In this document: positions 1-15,000 of the stretch, in pieces | Numbering within the stretch: the stretch's first letter is position 1 | Layout of the letters: each line of letters starts with the position of its first letter | NCBI GenBank assembly: GCA_001642005.1 | Contig: LWCA01000197.1 | Span: 1-41,117, forward strand | Reading direction: 5' to 3' | DNA length: 41,117 nt | Source of the DNA: Intoshia linei | Lineage: Eukaryota > Animalia > Orthonectida | The notes under the pieces: generated by a model | Seen by the model: only the letters and a program-made list of their open reading frames with translations | What the model was told of the DNA's origin: nothing | The model's database searches: none | Program-made: the position numbers and the translations under genes

Positions 1-61
1 AATATAATAATAAAAATATAATAAAAAATTAAATATTTATATTTAATTTTATAAATATTAG

Positions 62-3000
62 TGCTTCTGGAACATATAATGACGAACTCGGTGGTTCAGT
101 ATGTAAATCATGTTTACCTGGGTATTATTGTTTGGCAGGAAGTACAATTTATGTAAGTTTAGTGATTTATATTGTAATACATAATTATAATATTTTTAAT
201 TATTAAAATAATTGATTAAATTAGAAAGACAAGCTATGCCCAGCCGGTCACTATTGTCCATCAGGGTAAATTATACTTTTACCGTAAAAATACATAAATT
301 TATAAAATGTTATGTACAATGTACATAACTATACAATTACACAAGAAAACAAAAAAAGATTTTTATGTTATGATGTTAAGCACAATGAAAAAATTATTTT
401 GACATAATTTATATACGCCAGGTCAGTCGCACTAATTAATAATTAACAATATCATATTAAAATTGACCTAATAAAATAAACAAAATTTATATTGACTTTA
501 GAATTTTTCCATAAAATTGCTAAAAATCACTCTTTATGTATCAAAAAATTTCTAATAAATATTTTAGCTATTAATATTTAAGCTATGAGTATACTATTAC
601 TATAGCAAAAAAATTTTTAAAAATTAAAAAAAAATTAATTTTGAACCAATTAGCCCTTAAAATTAATGTCAGTTTCTTGCGTCAGAGAAACAAGATAACC
701 ATTACATAGATCACAATTGAAGGAATCAAACTATATTTTTATTTATATTCACATCGGTCGAATCATTGAATGGCATTTATAGAAGTTACAAAATAAAAAA
801 ATACAATTAAAAATTCTAAAAAATATTGGAGTAGTAAGGGGTTAACAATATCGATTGTATATAAGTGTATATTTGTTATTATTATTACTAAATTATTTGA
901 AATATAACTTAGAGAAGATTTACAAAAATACGCCCAAAATGTAACAATATTTATCGGAATAGCATTCATTTATAACATTTAAAATTATGAAAAAAACTTT
1001 ATATTAATAATTTAACATAGAAATTTATAATAATGCGATTAATTTAGTTTTTTCCTTATTTCTAAAATATAACGATTTGTATTATGATTAGGGCAATTTA
1101 TTTATGACCAAAAATTCAAAAAAATTAGTACATTTTAACAAAAAAAATATTACTTTTTATGACAAATTTATTTATTATAGTACAATAGAATATATTTATG
1201 AATATTCGTTTTTAAAAAATTTTTTGATACTTTTTGATACGCTCTTATTTACCATATTCTTTATTGTTAAGATATCATTTTTTATGAGCCTGTTTTCAAT
1301 ATATGTCTTTGTTGAACATTCATCTGTTCCAAATGTAGTAGTCTATCAAATGTAATGATTTTTCGATCGTCATGCACTCGCTCTCGAGTTGTTTAATTAT
1401 TGATGGATATTTATCATAGTTCATGCTTATATATATAGGCTGTTGTCGCAGGTATGGTTAATTTATAGCTGATTTTGCCTTATTCAGAATTATACCATCA
1501 CTTTTTATACATTCAACGATATCAATAACTTGAGGCAAATTTGACGCATAATACCCTGCCACTTTTATCCAACTACCCCATCTTGTTACAACAGGAATTG
1601 GCGGGAAACCGATCCTGATAAAATCATTTCTACGCGACTTATATTTTTTTTTCAATGTCTTCATGGCACTAATTAAAGTGTCAACCTCACCAAAATAAGA
1701 CTTTATTTTTAAACAACAATTGTAAAGTAAATGGCATACACAGGTAACGTGAAACAGCTGACTATAAAATTGTTTCAAATTTTTAATAGCATAAATCATG
1801 TAGGACGCAGTTAATGGCTGAATAAAAAAGCAGTTAATTATAATTACTGTAGTGATAATACTCTTAAAGATAATTAATATTAAAATAACGCACTTGAAAC
1901 ATAAATTGTGATTTCAGTGACATAATTTGGTTTATTTGACATTGGGAAAACAAGAAATCAATGAAAATAAACATTTTTTTAAATTATGACCTTATTAATA
2001 TTATTATGACAATTAAAAAAAAAATATGACATTTATGACTTTTTAAAAATCGATATACCCCATTAAATGTGTTTATGAGAGTTCCCTCATACATTTCTAA
2101 CAATTTTATATTATTAAAAAAAAAATTATTTTTATGACATAATTCGCCCTTATTATAATATACATATCATAGTGATGCGATTAAAATTGTGGTTATTTTA
2201 ATATAATTTTTTCAATTATGCAATTTTTAGTGTTGTCTAGAGTTATTAAATGAATAGCTTGTACATTTACACTAGGGATATTCAAATTTGGACTTTTTTT
2301 GAAATTGATATAAATGCTTTTTTATATTCGTCACAAAAAACCCCGCGTCTTTACTGTTTTCTGTTTTCTTAAAATTTTTCATAATAAAAAAATATGGCAA
2401 CATTTTTCATCCGAGTTTTTTACATAAGTAGATAAGATAATTATGATAACTACATTTTTACATAGATAATTAGTACGAATTTAAATTAAATTGAATTTAA
2501 CAAATGAATTATGAATTATAAATTAAATTTGTTAATAATTTATGAACATATATTTTCAACTTTAAATTAAGTTTAATAGTTAATTTATTAACATTCATTA
2601 ATTTCGAAAACGATCTTTCAATAGGTTCAATGGTCATTATTATATCGTTTTCTTCAACAAAATATGAAAATATTTCGGAAATTTTTTGTAAACTTTTAAA
2701 TGATGAAATCATTTCAATATTCGACATTTTAAAAAATTTTTTAAATTCAGTTAAAATAATTATTAAAATTTTCAATAAAAATTAAAAATTTTCTATGTCT
2801 CATTTTTATATCAGAAAAATTGAATAACCCTATTATACAATGTACATTTTAAAGTGCATATTTTTCGTATTTGAAAAATGTATTGTTATATATATTTAAT
2901 AGAACAAAAACAGCAAATGAATTTAAATGTCCAAAAGGCACATATAGACCGGATAAAATGGGTCGTTCTGTGAATGATTGTATTCCATGCTTAGCTTCTC

Positions 3001-6000
3001 AATACTGTCCCAATACCGGTAGTATAGCACCGAGTGCATGTTGTGCTGCAGGTTCATACATCATATATTAAACAATATACAATTTTAAGGATATTATTGT
3101 TCTCATGGTTCCGATACAGATAAGCCAATTAATGTAGTATTGATACCACCTTCTCCAACAAGTTGTGTTTCTCATAACGGTAATCAATGTCCAATTGGTT
3201 ATTTTTGTGAAATATGCTCAGCCGCTCCAAAACCATGTTCACCTGGAAAATACTGCGAAACGAAAGGTAGAGATTTTTTTTAATAATATATTTTGTTATA
3301 TTTAATATATTAAGCACCACTACTGGTATGTATATTTAGGTTTATCGCAAGTTACAGGAAATTGTGTAGCTGGGTATTACTGCATCAGTGGAGCTAAGAC
3401 TAAAACTCCTACTGATGGCGCTACTGGAGACATTTGTCCGAAAGGCCATTATTGTCGTAATCTTATGCCATTCATAATTAAAATATATTAATTCATTAGC
3501 ATTAATTAATATAATGAATGTATTATTTAAGACTACTAAATTGTATGTGACTTAATGTTAATATTAATTAATAGCTTTGGGAACTGCTGCAAATGCTAAA
3601 AAATGTCCAATCGGTACTTTATCGGCGACAACTGGAAATATTAAACTGTCTGATTGCCTGAGTTGCCCGGCTGGACAATATTGTGCTGCACCGGGTCTTA
3701 GCATTGTGTCTGGAGATTGTTCTGCAGGTATTAAATAGATTTGTAAATGCATCATACTGAAAACCAACAACATACATCAAATGTATCTACACTAGAGTAA
3801 ATGTACTTTTAGGTTATTATTGTCCTAGTGGTTCCGATGTTTCCACCAAAACAATGTGTCCTCTCGGTTACTATTGTCCTGTTAAATCTAGTGATAAGGT
3901 AATTCTTGATAAATAACTGAACAATAAAAAATTAAATTATTAGATTGGCTGTGCAATTGGTTTTTATCAAGATTTATTGGGTCAACCTCTTTGCAAAGTT
4001 TGTCCTCCAGGTAAAAACATAGAAATTTACTATATATCATTAAATATCAATATAGGCATGTATAGTGATGCTATAAAGAGTATTTCGTGTAAGGTGTGTC
4101 CAGAGACATTTTATTGCATTGACGGTATATATAATTAATTTATTATTAATCCAATAATCGAGAAAATATGGTTATATTTCAAATTTAGGAAAAACCAAAG
4201 TTATCTGTCCGGCTGGAAAATACTGCCTTAGTGGTTCCGGTTTAATCTTACCATTGTGCCCAATTGGTACATTTTCATTGTCAACAGGCTTAAAGGACTA
4301 TACGGAATGCACTCCTTGTAGTAGTGGAAAATATTGTGCGACAGCGGGATTAACAACAGTTACTGGTGATTGCAATGCCGGATTTTATTGTACAACTGGA
4401 GTTAATGTCCCCAACCCAGACTTCAAGTCTAATATGGGAATTGGAGGTACGCAAAATTATAAAAATTAATATAAAATTATATATTATTGTATTTACAAAG
4501 TAAATAATGTTTACAGTCAGAATTGTCAATAATGAACATGCAAAATTTAGCGATGGGAATTTTATTTATAGATGTTTTCAGTGTAATAATAACGTATAAA
4601 TGTTGATAAAATGGATATTAATCCAATTATTTATACATTAACTATATTATTTTAATTGAATTATTGTTCACTTTGATGTGACAATAATTTTAAACTTTAC
4701 AATTCATTACTTTCCATTTATATTACTACGCATACATATGTATATAAATTTGGGGTAGCCAAAGTGGTTCATATAAATCTTCAATTCTAAGAAAATGAGA
4801 TAGTGTTTAAAAGCAACAAAATATTTACAAATAATCACATTTTAGAACAACGACGAAAAAAATTAAGCGATCATTTATAAAGCGTTTATGTTTGTAAAAA
4901 TTATTCTTTATAAAAAAAATTATGAGGGTGTTGATATGACTGTAAATAATTAACTCATAAATCAATATTTATTTTAGGACCTTGTACATTGGGTCATTAC
5001 TGTCCGAAAACGTCAAGTGTTCCTACAAAGTGTATTGCTGGAACATATAATGATGAAGTAAATAAAAGTGTGTGTAAAGATTGCCCGGCTGGTAAATACA
5101 TATTTAAAATTAAATTTAATACAAAATAAAAATTTTTCTTTAATTTAGTAACTATTCATCTATTATAAATAATTAATATAAATATATAAATATATTAATA
5201 TAAATCTATATATAATTTTAGGTTATGCATGTCCATTAGGAAGTGACAATTATTTCTCCAAGCCGTGTAATAAGGGATACTATTGCCCAACAAAATCTAC
5301 TACACAATCACAAATAGCTTGCCCAAAGACAAAATACAATCCAAATAAGGGTGGAAAAAGTCTTAATGACTGCCTTGATTGCCCCGGTATAATTATTGTT
5401 ATTTATTTATCAGTACACATTCTATTCACTTATTATTATTATTACTATTATCATTACTCACTACTCTTTATTATTACTAAGTACTATTATTTACTAACAT
5501 TAATTTTAAATAATATTATTTAGATGGCAAATATTGTGATACGCTGGCTTTAATTTCTGTAACAAAAAACTGTAATGCTGGATATTTCTGTAGATTGGGG
5601 GTTGATGCTGGAGATTGCACAATTGGTATATTATGATTAAAATATAATGTACAATGTACATTGTAGACAATGTATCAGTCATATTATTATAGTGAAATTT
5701 ACTATTATATTATTTAGGTTACTATTGCCCAACGGGATCTTATCAAAAATCGGAATGTTCTCCAGGTTTATATATTCGTTTCTATTATACAAATCATATT
5801 ATATCATATCGTATCATATTATATATTAATATATACTAACTATTAAAATAATCTTTCATATATTGTAATAATACATTAATCATAAAATCATTCATTATAC
5901 ATCAAAATAAATGTCTATTTCCAGTTTAGTTTAATAACCATAATATTATTATTTCAGGACAGCACTGTTCAACAACAAAATTAGCAGCTCCTACCTCAGA

Positions 6001-9000
6001 TTGGTAAGTATATTATTCATATTAAATTTCAAATCACATATAAAAGAAATTTAAATTCATTACATTGTGATTGTTTGATAGTTAAATTAAGGCTCTGTTA
6101 CTTTTTCTAAAAGTGGATTGATTGATCTGAGAGTTGACCGTGAATTCGTCACTTATTCGGATTGAAATTTTTTGTGTGTGTTAACAGGATACAACTGTAC
6201 CACCTGTAAATTTTTTTAAATTCTAGGGCTGTTTTCATTAAAAAAAAAGAGAGTCATTTGGGGTTTTGGCCCTGAAGATATTTTTTTTTAAATTTAAATT
6301 TATGATAATATTTATCATTTTAAAATCCGTGTCAGATTATGTATTTTTTTTTATTCTCGAACTTGTTTGATTTTCAAAAAAAAGGACAATTGGGGTTTTT
6401 GACCCGTAAGGTGTGAGTTTGGGAGGTTGAAATTTATCGTTTAGTTTTGAAATTGAAATGTGGACTTTATAAAATTTTAAGGCTGGTAGTTATTGAAATA
6501 AACGATAACACACACATACAAACAAAGCATATTATATAAGTAAGAATATATAATTGGGCAGATTATGACCAATCTATCATTAAAATTGAAATTAACATTT
6601 ACATATTAGCCCAGCTGGATACCACTGTGAATCCAAAAACATATTAGGAACAGAAAAGAAATGCAGCGTCGGTCATTACTGGTATCAATTAAACAATATA
6701 TAAAATATATCATTTGCAATACTCCCATTTAATGTCGAATTTACAGTACCCACCCCTCTTCGGGTGGGTATCAACAAAATGTTTGTAAAGGGGTGGTTTT
6801 ATTTTTTACATTGAGCATTAAAAAAATTATGTCCCTGAATATCATAACTATTTTGTATGTTAAATTCAAAATCTCAAATCAAAATCTTTGGAGAAATATT
6901 TAGGACTTTGACATCATGTATCGTTTGTGAAATTTTTCTAAGGATCTATTTTGCATTTTCGGGTGGCCTTGAGCTTGGTAGGTTTGGGTCTGCTCCATTA
7001 CAGCATTTAATCATTGTTACTATGCATTTATTTACTGAATAAATTTTCTTTATTTTTACTAGACATATTTAATTTTTAGTTTAATTGGTTCTATTGTCGA
7101 AACACCGTGTCCAGAAGGAACTTTTTCAAGTAATTTATTGTGTTATATTATTTAAATGAGGCTTGGTTACAATGGGACCTATTTACTATTTTCATTTGAC
7201 TCGAAAGGTGTTGGAATAAATTCTCATTTATAAATTAAAAACCTATAATTATATTTGCCGTGAGTAAGATATTTGCGAAATATGGGTAGCGGACCCATAT
7301 TTCGCTTCACTATTAATAATTTGGAAAAAATACTCGGCAATTAAATAATGATGTAAAGGCCAGTTTTGATAAATACACATTTTTAATATTTATATAGTCG
7401 AAAAATTTTTGATAGTTTGTCCCGAGAATGAAAAATAGTGCTTACCCCTGATTTAAAAGGGTATGCTTTTTTTAAGAAAAATTTTAAAATATTTTTTTAG
7501 TTTTCATTATATTTCATCGATTTATATTTTAAGAACCCTGATCTATATGAATCGAAAATGTATTAAATTTAAAATTTTTTAAATTTTTTCAATAGTAAAT
7601 GTCTTTACGATGTATATTATCTGTTTTGCTTTTATATATATTATATATTTATTGCAGATAATATTCAAAATTCAAAATTAATTGATTGTACTTCATGCAC
7701 CACTGGAAAATTTTGTGCTGGTTTAGGAAATACTAATCCAACGGGAAAATGTGCTGCTGGGTATTAATTTAAATTTTAAAGTTTTTAATGAATAAAATTT
7801 TGTATATTACATGTACATGGTACATTAAGCTGTCTCAAAAAAAGTAGTATAATTTACAATAATTATTATTTTAGTAATACCATAATTTTAAGCCCTAAGG
7901 ATATTTTTTCTAAATACCCATGATACACCTTAATGTACATGTATTCATCTTATTAATTAGAATATTGTACATTTATTTTAATTTTTTTAGTTATTATTGT
8001 CCAACTGGTCAAAGCAACCCAACGCCTATAACGTACATCTGTCCAAAAGGTACTTTACAAAATAATGTATTTAATTTTCATCTTAGGATTTTACTGTTTG
8101 GGTAATTTTTTTAAAATAAAAATAAAATAGAACCACTGTATTATCATTATTTGTATATATTATTAATATTTATTATATTTTACACGTTAAGAGGGTGCAT
8201 CTGAACCGATCGCATGTGTTTCTGGTACATATCAACCAAGTACTGGAAATGTATCTTGCTTAGATTGTCCAGATGGGTATTACTGCAAAACGACACGTAA
8301 TTAATTCAGTTGTTTTCTATATTATGATATATTTATTATTTGAATTTAATATATAATAATAAATGAATTTAGTAGATTTAAATGGAAAAACTGTCGGTGT
8401 TGATATTCCTGTAGCATGTCCAGCAGGTAATTTAAAAGAAATAAATTTAAAAACATGATCAAAAATGTATATAATATTTAGGCTCTTATTGCCCGAGTAA
8501 GACTACCAGCGCAGCTGAGTTTTTGTGTCCAATAGGTACATATTCAATCAAAACCAAACTTGTTAGCTCTCATTTATGTGATCTATGCGCAGCTGGAAAA
8601 TACTGTTCAACTCAAGGTATTTATCTTTGAAATAGAATCTATATTAATGATATTTAAACGTACTCATAAATTATGAGTCATAATTATGTTTAATGTAATT
8701 GAGAATTAAATTAGGTTTATCATCTGCTACCGGTGACTGCACTAAAGGATATTATTGTATTTCCGGTGCAAAAACACCATCTACCGTTGATTTTAACACT
8801 GTCATTAAATGCGAAGTAGGATATTATTGTCCATTAGGGGCACAGAATCCAATATTGTGTCCGAAAGGTAAACCTGCAAAAATATTCCAAATTATATATA
8901 TATTAATAAAAAAATAATAAGTATTATTGTTTTGTCTACATGTAAAACTTTATTATTAATAAATCAATTAAATTAGACTTCGTATAAAGTATTTTTAGGT

Positions 9001-12000
9001 AGTTATTGCGAAATAAAATCTTCAGTGGACACAAAATGCCCTTCTGGGACATATAATAGGTTAACGGGGTCTGTTACACTGAGCGAATGTTTAAAATGTC
9101 CAAATGGAAAATATTGTCAGAGTGTAGGACTAAAAAATGTCGAGGGCGACTGTAGTACTGGATATTATTGCAGTAAAATTTAAATACATTATTATATGTA
9201 TGGATTCATTATTTAATTTATTATTTATCGTTAATATATGCATTCAAATTGTACAGGATTTATTTATTTAACTTATTATATACAAATATATACAAGTATA
9301 TTAAAACTAAAGTAATGTTACATATTTTAGAATCTGGTGCAAAATCTTCACAACCGACTGATGGTGTAACAGGTATCCTCATTATTTTGAATTATAATAT
9401 TATTTTAATTATTATTATTAAACATTGTATACGTATATTAATGTCTATAATTAACATGTATTACGATTTCATCTATATACATTTAATAGGAGGCAAATGT
9501 CAAGATGGATACTATTGTCCAGCAGGTAGCGTTGTTGTTTTAACAATATTTTTAATTTTACAGGAACAAAAACCCAGTTAATTTGTAAAGAAGGGACGTA
9601 TTCTGTTGGAATTGGAGCATCAACATGTATTGACTGTGAAGCTGGATTCTACTGTGTTGGTGGCAATAATAAAGTGGTGTGCCCAAAAGGTAATAGATTT
9701 TTTTCTATATTTTCTTATACAATACATAATTGTTAAGTATTGCATATATAACTAGGGCCGTGGAGAGCCGGCCGTACCCCTATAAGATGGAAATTGTAGG
9801 CCCGCTATAATAAAATTTTCAAAAATGGGACCTCTACATTGCTTAATCGATCGATCATTATGTAAGAATTAAAAATAACATTTGGAAATTGTTTGGTTAT
9901 GGAAATTTCACTATAATTATGAAATTTCCCCAAAATTACTTATTAATAAATTTAAAAACTAGGTCGTCATGATTATAGGACAGGGCCATATGGCTTCTTG
10001 GCACCCTCTCCATTGCCTGTTTATACTATAAATGACATTGACTATAAACACAAAATATTTTGAATTTAGAATAACTTTTTATTCAATTGTCGTTCTTAAA
10101 ACTGACTATCTAAAAATATAAATGTAAATCTCTATATAAGTAATAAATTAGCTTGGGTATAGTATTTTACATAGAATTGTTATAAATAAAGCATATTTTA
10201 CCCTAATATTAACTTTAATTTACAGCAAATAATAAGATGCGTGGCTTCATTGTGGATAATAAAATTAATTATATAATTTTATCGAGATATCTTTATTAAT
10301 TTCATCAGTTTCTATTTAAATTTTATTCAAAATGTTTTGTAAATAAGAATTTGAAATATAAAAATTGCGTAGCAATGAAAAAAATTTCGAAGGAATGAAT
10401 TGTATAGATTTTCACCCATATTTCTTTATTGGAAATGTGTAGACGTTCACTGGCAATGCGTAGATTTCTGGGGTTGAAATTTTGTATTTATATTAACTGG
10501 AATAAACTCTATCCTAATAATCTTCTTTTTTTTTAATTTTCAGACCGTTAATTATTTGAGCTTGATATTTGACATCTGTCTGTGTTAACAGGATACAACT
10601 GTACAACTACAAATTTTATTGAAATTTTAGAGTTGTTTTTATTAAAAAAGGAAGGGTAATTTGGGGTTTTGGCCCTGAAGATATAATTTTTTTAAATTTA
10701 AATTCATGACAATGTTTATGATTTTAAAATCCGTATCAACACATATATTTTTTTAAATTCTCCAATTTGTTTGATTTTCAAAAAGAGGGGCAATTGGGGT
10801 TTTTGACCCGTAAGATGTGAGTTTGGGAGGTTGAAATTATGTTTGCTAACATCCACGGAAAAAACTGTAATTGAAATGTGGACTTTATAAAATTCTAAGA
10901 CGGGTGGTTATTTAAATAAAGCTGGACACACAGACACACACACAAACAAAAATAGCGTAGCATATTATATAAGTTAAGATGTCCAATTTTGATAGATTTT
11001 TAGATTAGAATACGCAAATAGAATACTAATACATGTAGTATTGTTGTTTTAATATTATTGAATATGATTCAGTTAAATAATACATTTATCATTGTAAAAA
11101 CATAAAAATAGTCATTTCATGTATTTATTGTATCTTTACTTTATAATTGATAGGAAAATATTGCTTGTCTAAAAGTTTAATCAATTTGCCAAATTGTCCT
11201 ATCGGAAAATTTGGTGCATCTACTGGATTAAAATTAATTGGAGATTGCACTGCCTGCACTGGTAAATTTTGATTAAATGAAATTTAAAATATGTACACCG
11301 AAATATTAGCTGGATCATACTGTGAAACTTCTGGTTTAATCACACCTACCGGAAAATGTGCTAAAGGTAATATAATTTAATTAACTAAGAATACAATCTT
11401 TTAGGTTATTATTGTCCAGCTGGATCGAGTAAACCAAATCCAAGCACATTTTGTAATAAAGGAGAATTTTGTATCGAGGGTAGTGTTACTCCTTTAAAAT
11501 GCGTTTCTGGAAAATACATAAATATTCAAAGTAATAATTAGTAATATGACGAATAAAAAATTAAATACTATACAAAATATAAAATGCTGCATAAAAATTA
11601 ATTGATGTACTTTATAATTATACATTTAGAATCGGACAAATGTTTGGATTGTCCGTCGGGTTACTTCTGTTTAAACGCTGCAACCGATTATCAATCAAAT
11701 ACTTGTCCAGTTGGATATTATTGTCCAAGTGGGACTAAAATCAGTACTCAATTTCCATGTCCTATTGGAACCTTTAACGATAAAACAACCCGTAAAAGCA
11801 CTGATTCTTGTAAAAAATGCACTGGCGGAAATTATTGCAACGCTATTGGAATCAATAAGCCCACTGGTCCATGTTTGGGCGGGTATTACTGTAAAACTAC
11901 AGCTACTTCAAAAAATCCTTCAAGTAATACATTTATGAAGAGCCAAACCCACCAATCTCGAGCACATCCAAAAATTAAAAATATGTCCTTAAAAAATATG

Positions 12001-15000
12001 TTAGCAAACGATGCGTGGTGTGATAAAACCCTAGTCACATTTCCAAGGGTGTTGAATAGATATTTAAAATTTAATAAAAAAATAGTTATGATATTTAAAA
12101 TATATACAATTTTTATTTTTAAATGTTCAATTTGGAAAAATGTCGGCCCAATTTTACTAAAATTTCGTCCTGTTCTTCGAAAGAGTGTTTTGTAGTAAAG
12201 CAGGTTCGTTTATGTATTCATGTATTTTGTTCAATGACGCTATTTCGTTTTTAAAAATTCTTAAATTCTTAAACTGTTCTTAAATTAGCGTGATGTTTTC
12301 AGAATACTCGTATCACACTAATCTAGGAGTATTTTTATGTACATAAAATGTAATATAAATGATAATAATTATATTAGGCGATATATGTTTAAAATCGACT
12401 TATTGTCCGGCAGGAAGTGTATTACCTTTACAATGCAAACCCGGCAGCTATTGTGCACTAGATGGTTTATTATTGCCTACAGCTCTATGTGATGCAGTAA
12501 TATATAATATTTGATAATTACAATAAATATTTATGTAAAGTGTAAAACAGTGATAATAAAAAAAACTTTTATCAACCTATTTATATATATAGTGATACCC
12601 CAAATTATTATTAATGTGCTCAAAAAAATTAATTTTTTTCAACCACATAAGAGAAATGAAATATTTTGCGCCACTCCATGACCCCTAAATATGTAAGTGG
12701 TCAGTTTAATTAGTTAACCGTTAAGTTAAAAGTTGGCTTTAAATAATTGTTTTTCATATAATATCATATAGTTAAGCATAGAATTTTATATTAAATTTAA
12801 ATTTACTGTTTTTAACTACATTATGTAAACATTTTCTTCACATTTAGGGATACTTTTGTCCATTTGGAATGGTTAAAGCCAATGCAGTGTCGTCTGCTTG
12901 TCCCGCTGGTCAATATTGTAAAAGTAATTAGAAACTATGAAATTTATTTACAAATTTTTAGAGGGATCAATCACACCAATCCTTTGTCCTAGAGGAACTT
13001 TTCTATCGACAACCACTAATGATGTCATTACAAAGTGTACAAAATGTACAGCTGGATCATATTGTTTTGGAACTGGTTTAACTGCTGTTACAGCTTTATG
13101 TACGGCAGGGTACTATTGCCCGGTATTTTTGATTATTCATAAATTAGAATGAAATTTAACCAGGAAAACCCAAAATTTCCAAAAAACTACATTTTTTAGT
13201 ATTAAAAAAACTATACATAGAATAATAAATACAGAAATTTTGGCTAAACTAATTTTTCACGTAACTTACAATTTAGACTTCAATTATGGCTACTCTCAAG
13301 TCACTAATAATTTCTTTTAATTAATAGTGTTTCGTTCCAAAAATTTGTTCCATACCTGGTATAGATTGTAATCAAAATTTATTGATTCATATTTATTAAT
13401 CTGAAATCTTAACTAAATCTAAAATATGACAGAGTTGAAAAAAGATTTTTTTTAATTTGGTTTTCCTAGATATAACCTACAAAGACAATAATGGCTATTA
13501 TCAACTTTATTATATATTCATTTAGGAAGGACGAAAAGTTGGAAACAATAAAATTTATATATGCCCGGCCGGTTTTAAATGTCCGACTGGATCGTCAAAT
13601 AAATTGTTTTGTGTGTCAGGTAATTTATATCATGTAAAGTAAATTATTATAATAATTGAAACTTTTTAAATCAGTTAATTTATTGATATAATGAAATTGT
13701 CATTTCAGTAATTATCCTCATTATTAAATTTATTTTATATACTCATTTTGCTAATTTAAAATTACAATCAGGTACATTTCAACCATATACTGGAAAATCT
13801 TCATGTGAACCTTGCATTGCTGGAAAATATTGTCCTCAACCTACTACTACAACAGGCTGTACCAATCCGCTTGATTGTCCCGCTGGATACTGTAATAATA
13901 ATAACTGTAAAATATACATATACTTTCATAATTAGATTGTCCGATTGGTACATCCAGTGTAAATGAAAACCCGTGTCCCCTAGGAACATTTAGTAGTGTA
14001 AAAAATATAAAAACTGCAGGTAATATAATTTAGATTAATTTATGATTATAATTTTGAAAGGTGAATGTCAAAGTTGTCTACCTGGAAAATACTGCGATGC
14101 TATAGGGAAAATATCTGTTGTTGGTCCTTGTAGTGCCGGATATATATGTATAAGTGGAGCAAAATCATCAAAACCCACAGATGGTACTACCGGGGTCATA
14201 TGTCCGAAGGGTCATTATTGCCCAGCAGGATCGTCAAGAGGTATTGTATCAAAAAATTATTCATTCTTAAAAATTAAATTCAAATCAGTGTAATTTAATT
14301 GGTGGATACTTTTTTAGTTGTAATTACTTTGACATTATTGCTACAAGTAAGTTGTAAGTCTCAAAATATATTATCGTATGATAGGTGAGTATCTAATAAT
14401 ATGAGAAATATTACATACTGCTTAAAATGAATTTTGTTAATATTATTAATGCAATTTATAAATTTCAATAATAAATATCACATAATAAAATTTAGGAATA
14501 AAATGCCCAACCGGTACGTATAGTTCCCAGACTGGTCTTAAGTTAGTGACGGAATGCACTGATTGTGATTCCGGAAAATATTGTATGAAAATGGGTCTAA
14601 TTAGTCCGGAAGGAAATTGTAGTCCAAGCCATTGGTGCAAAACCAAATCTACTTATGCGACACCTAGATGTATATATTTTAGACGTGTAAATATTCATTT
14701 TTAATATCTAGCTGAAAATTTTGGAATTTTGTGTCCAATTGGTCAATATTGGTAAGATTTTAGAATTAAAAATATATTCGTTGAATATTATGTATATAAT
14801 TTATTTTAGTGTTTCGGGTATACCTATCAATTGTCCAAAGGGTAGTTATATGAAAGTGACTGGTAAAATTTTATTTTAATAATATGAGTTGTATTATTAT
14901 TTACATTTTGATATATTTCTAGTTAAAATAACATTAATATGTTCCAATAAAAACTTATTTTAAATGTTAATATACTTTAGGAGCAAAATCTTTATCTGAA

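Noticed and set aside
763-1355. ORFs 763-969 (-) and 1104-1355 (+)
   Set aside because: F/I/L/K/N-rich chance ORFs in AT-rich intron or TE DNA.
5430-5500. (TAT/TAC)n-like tract
   Set aside because: Ordinary low-complexity intron sequence.
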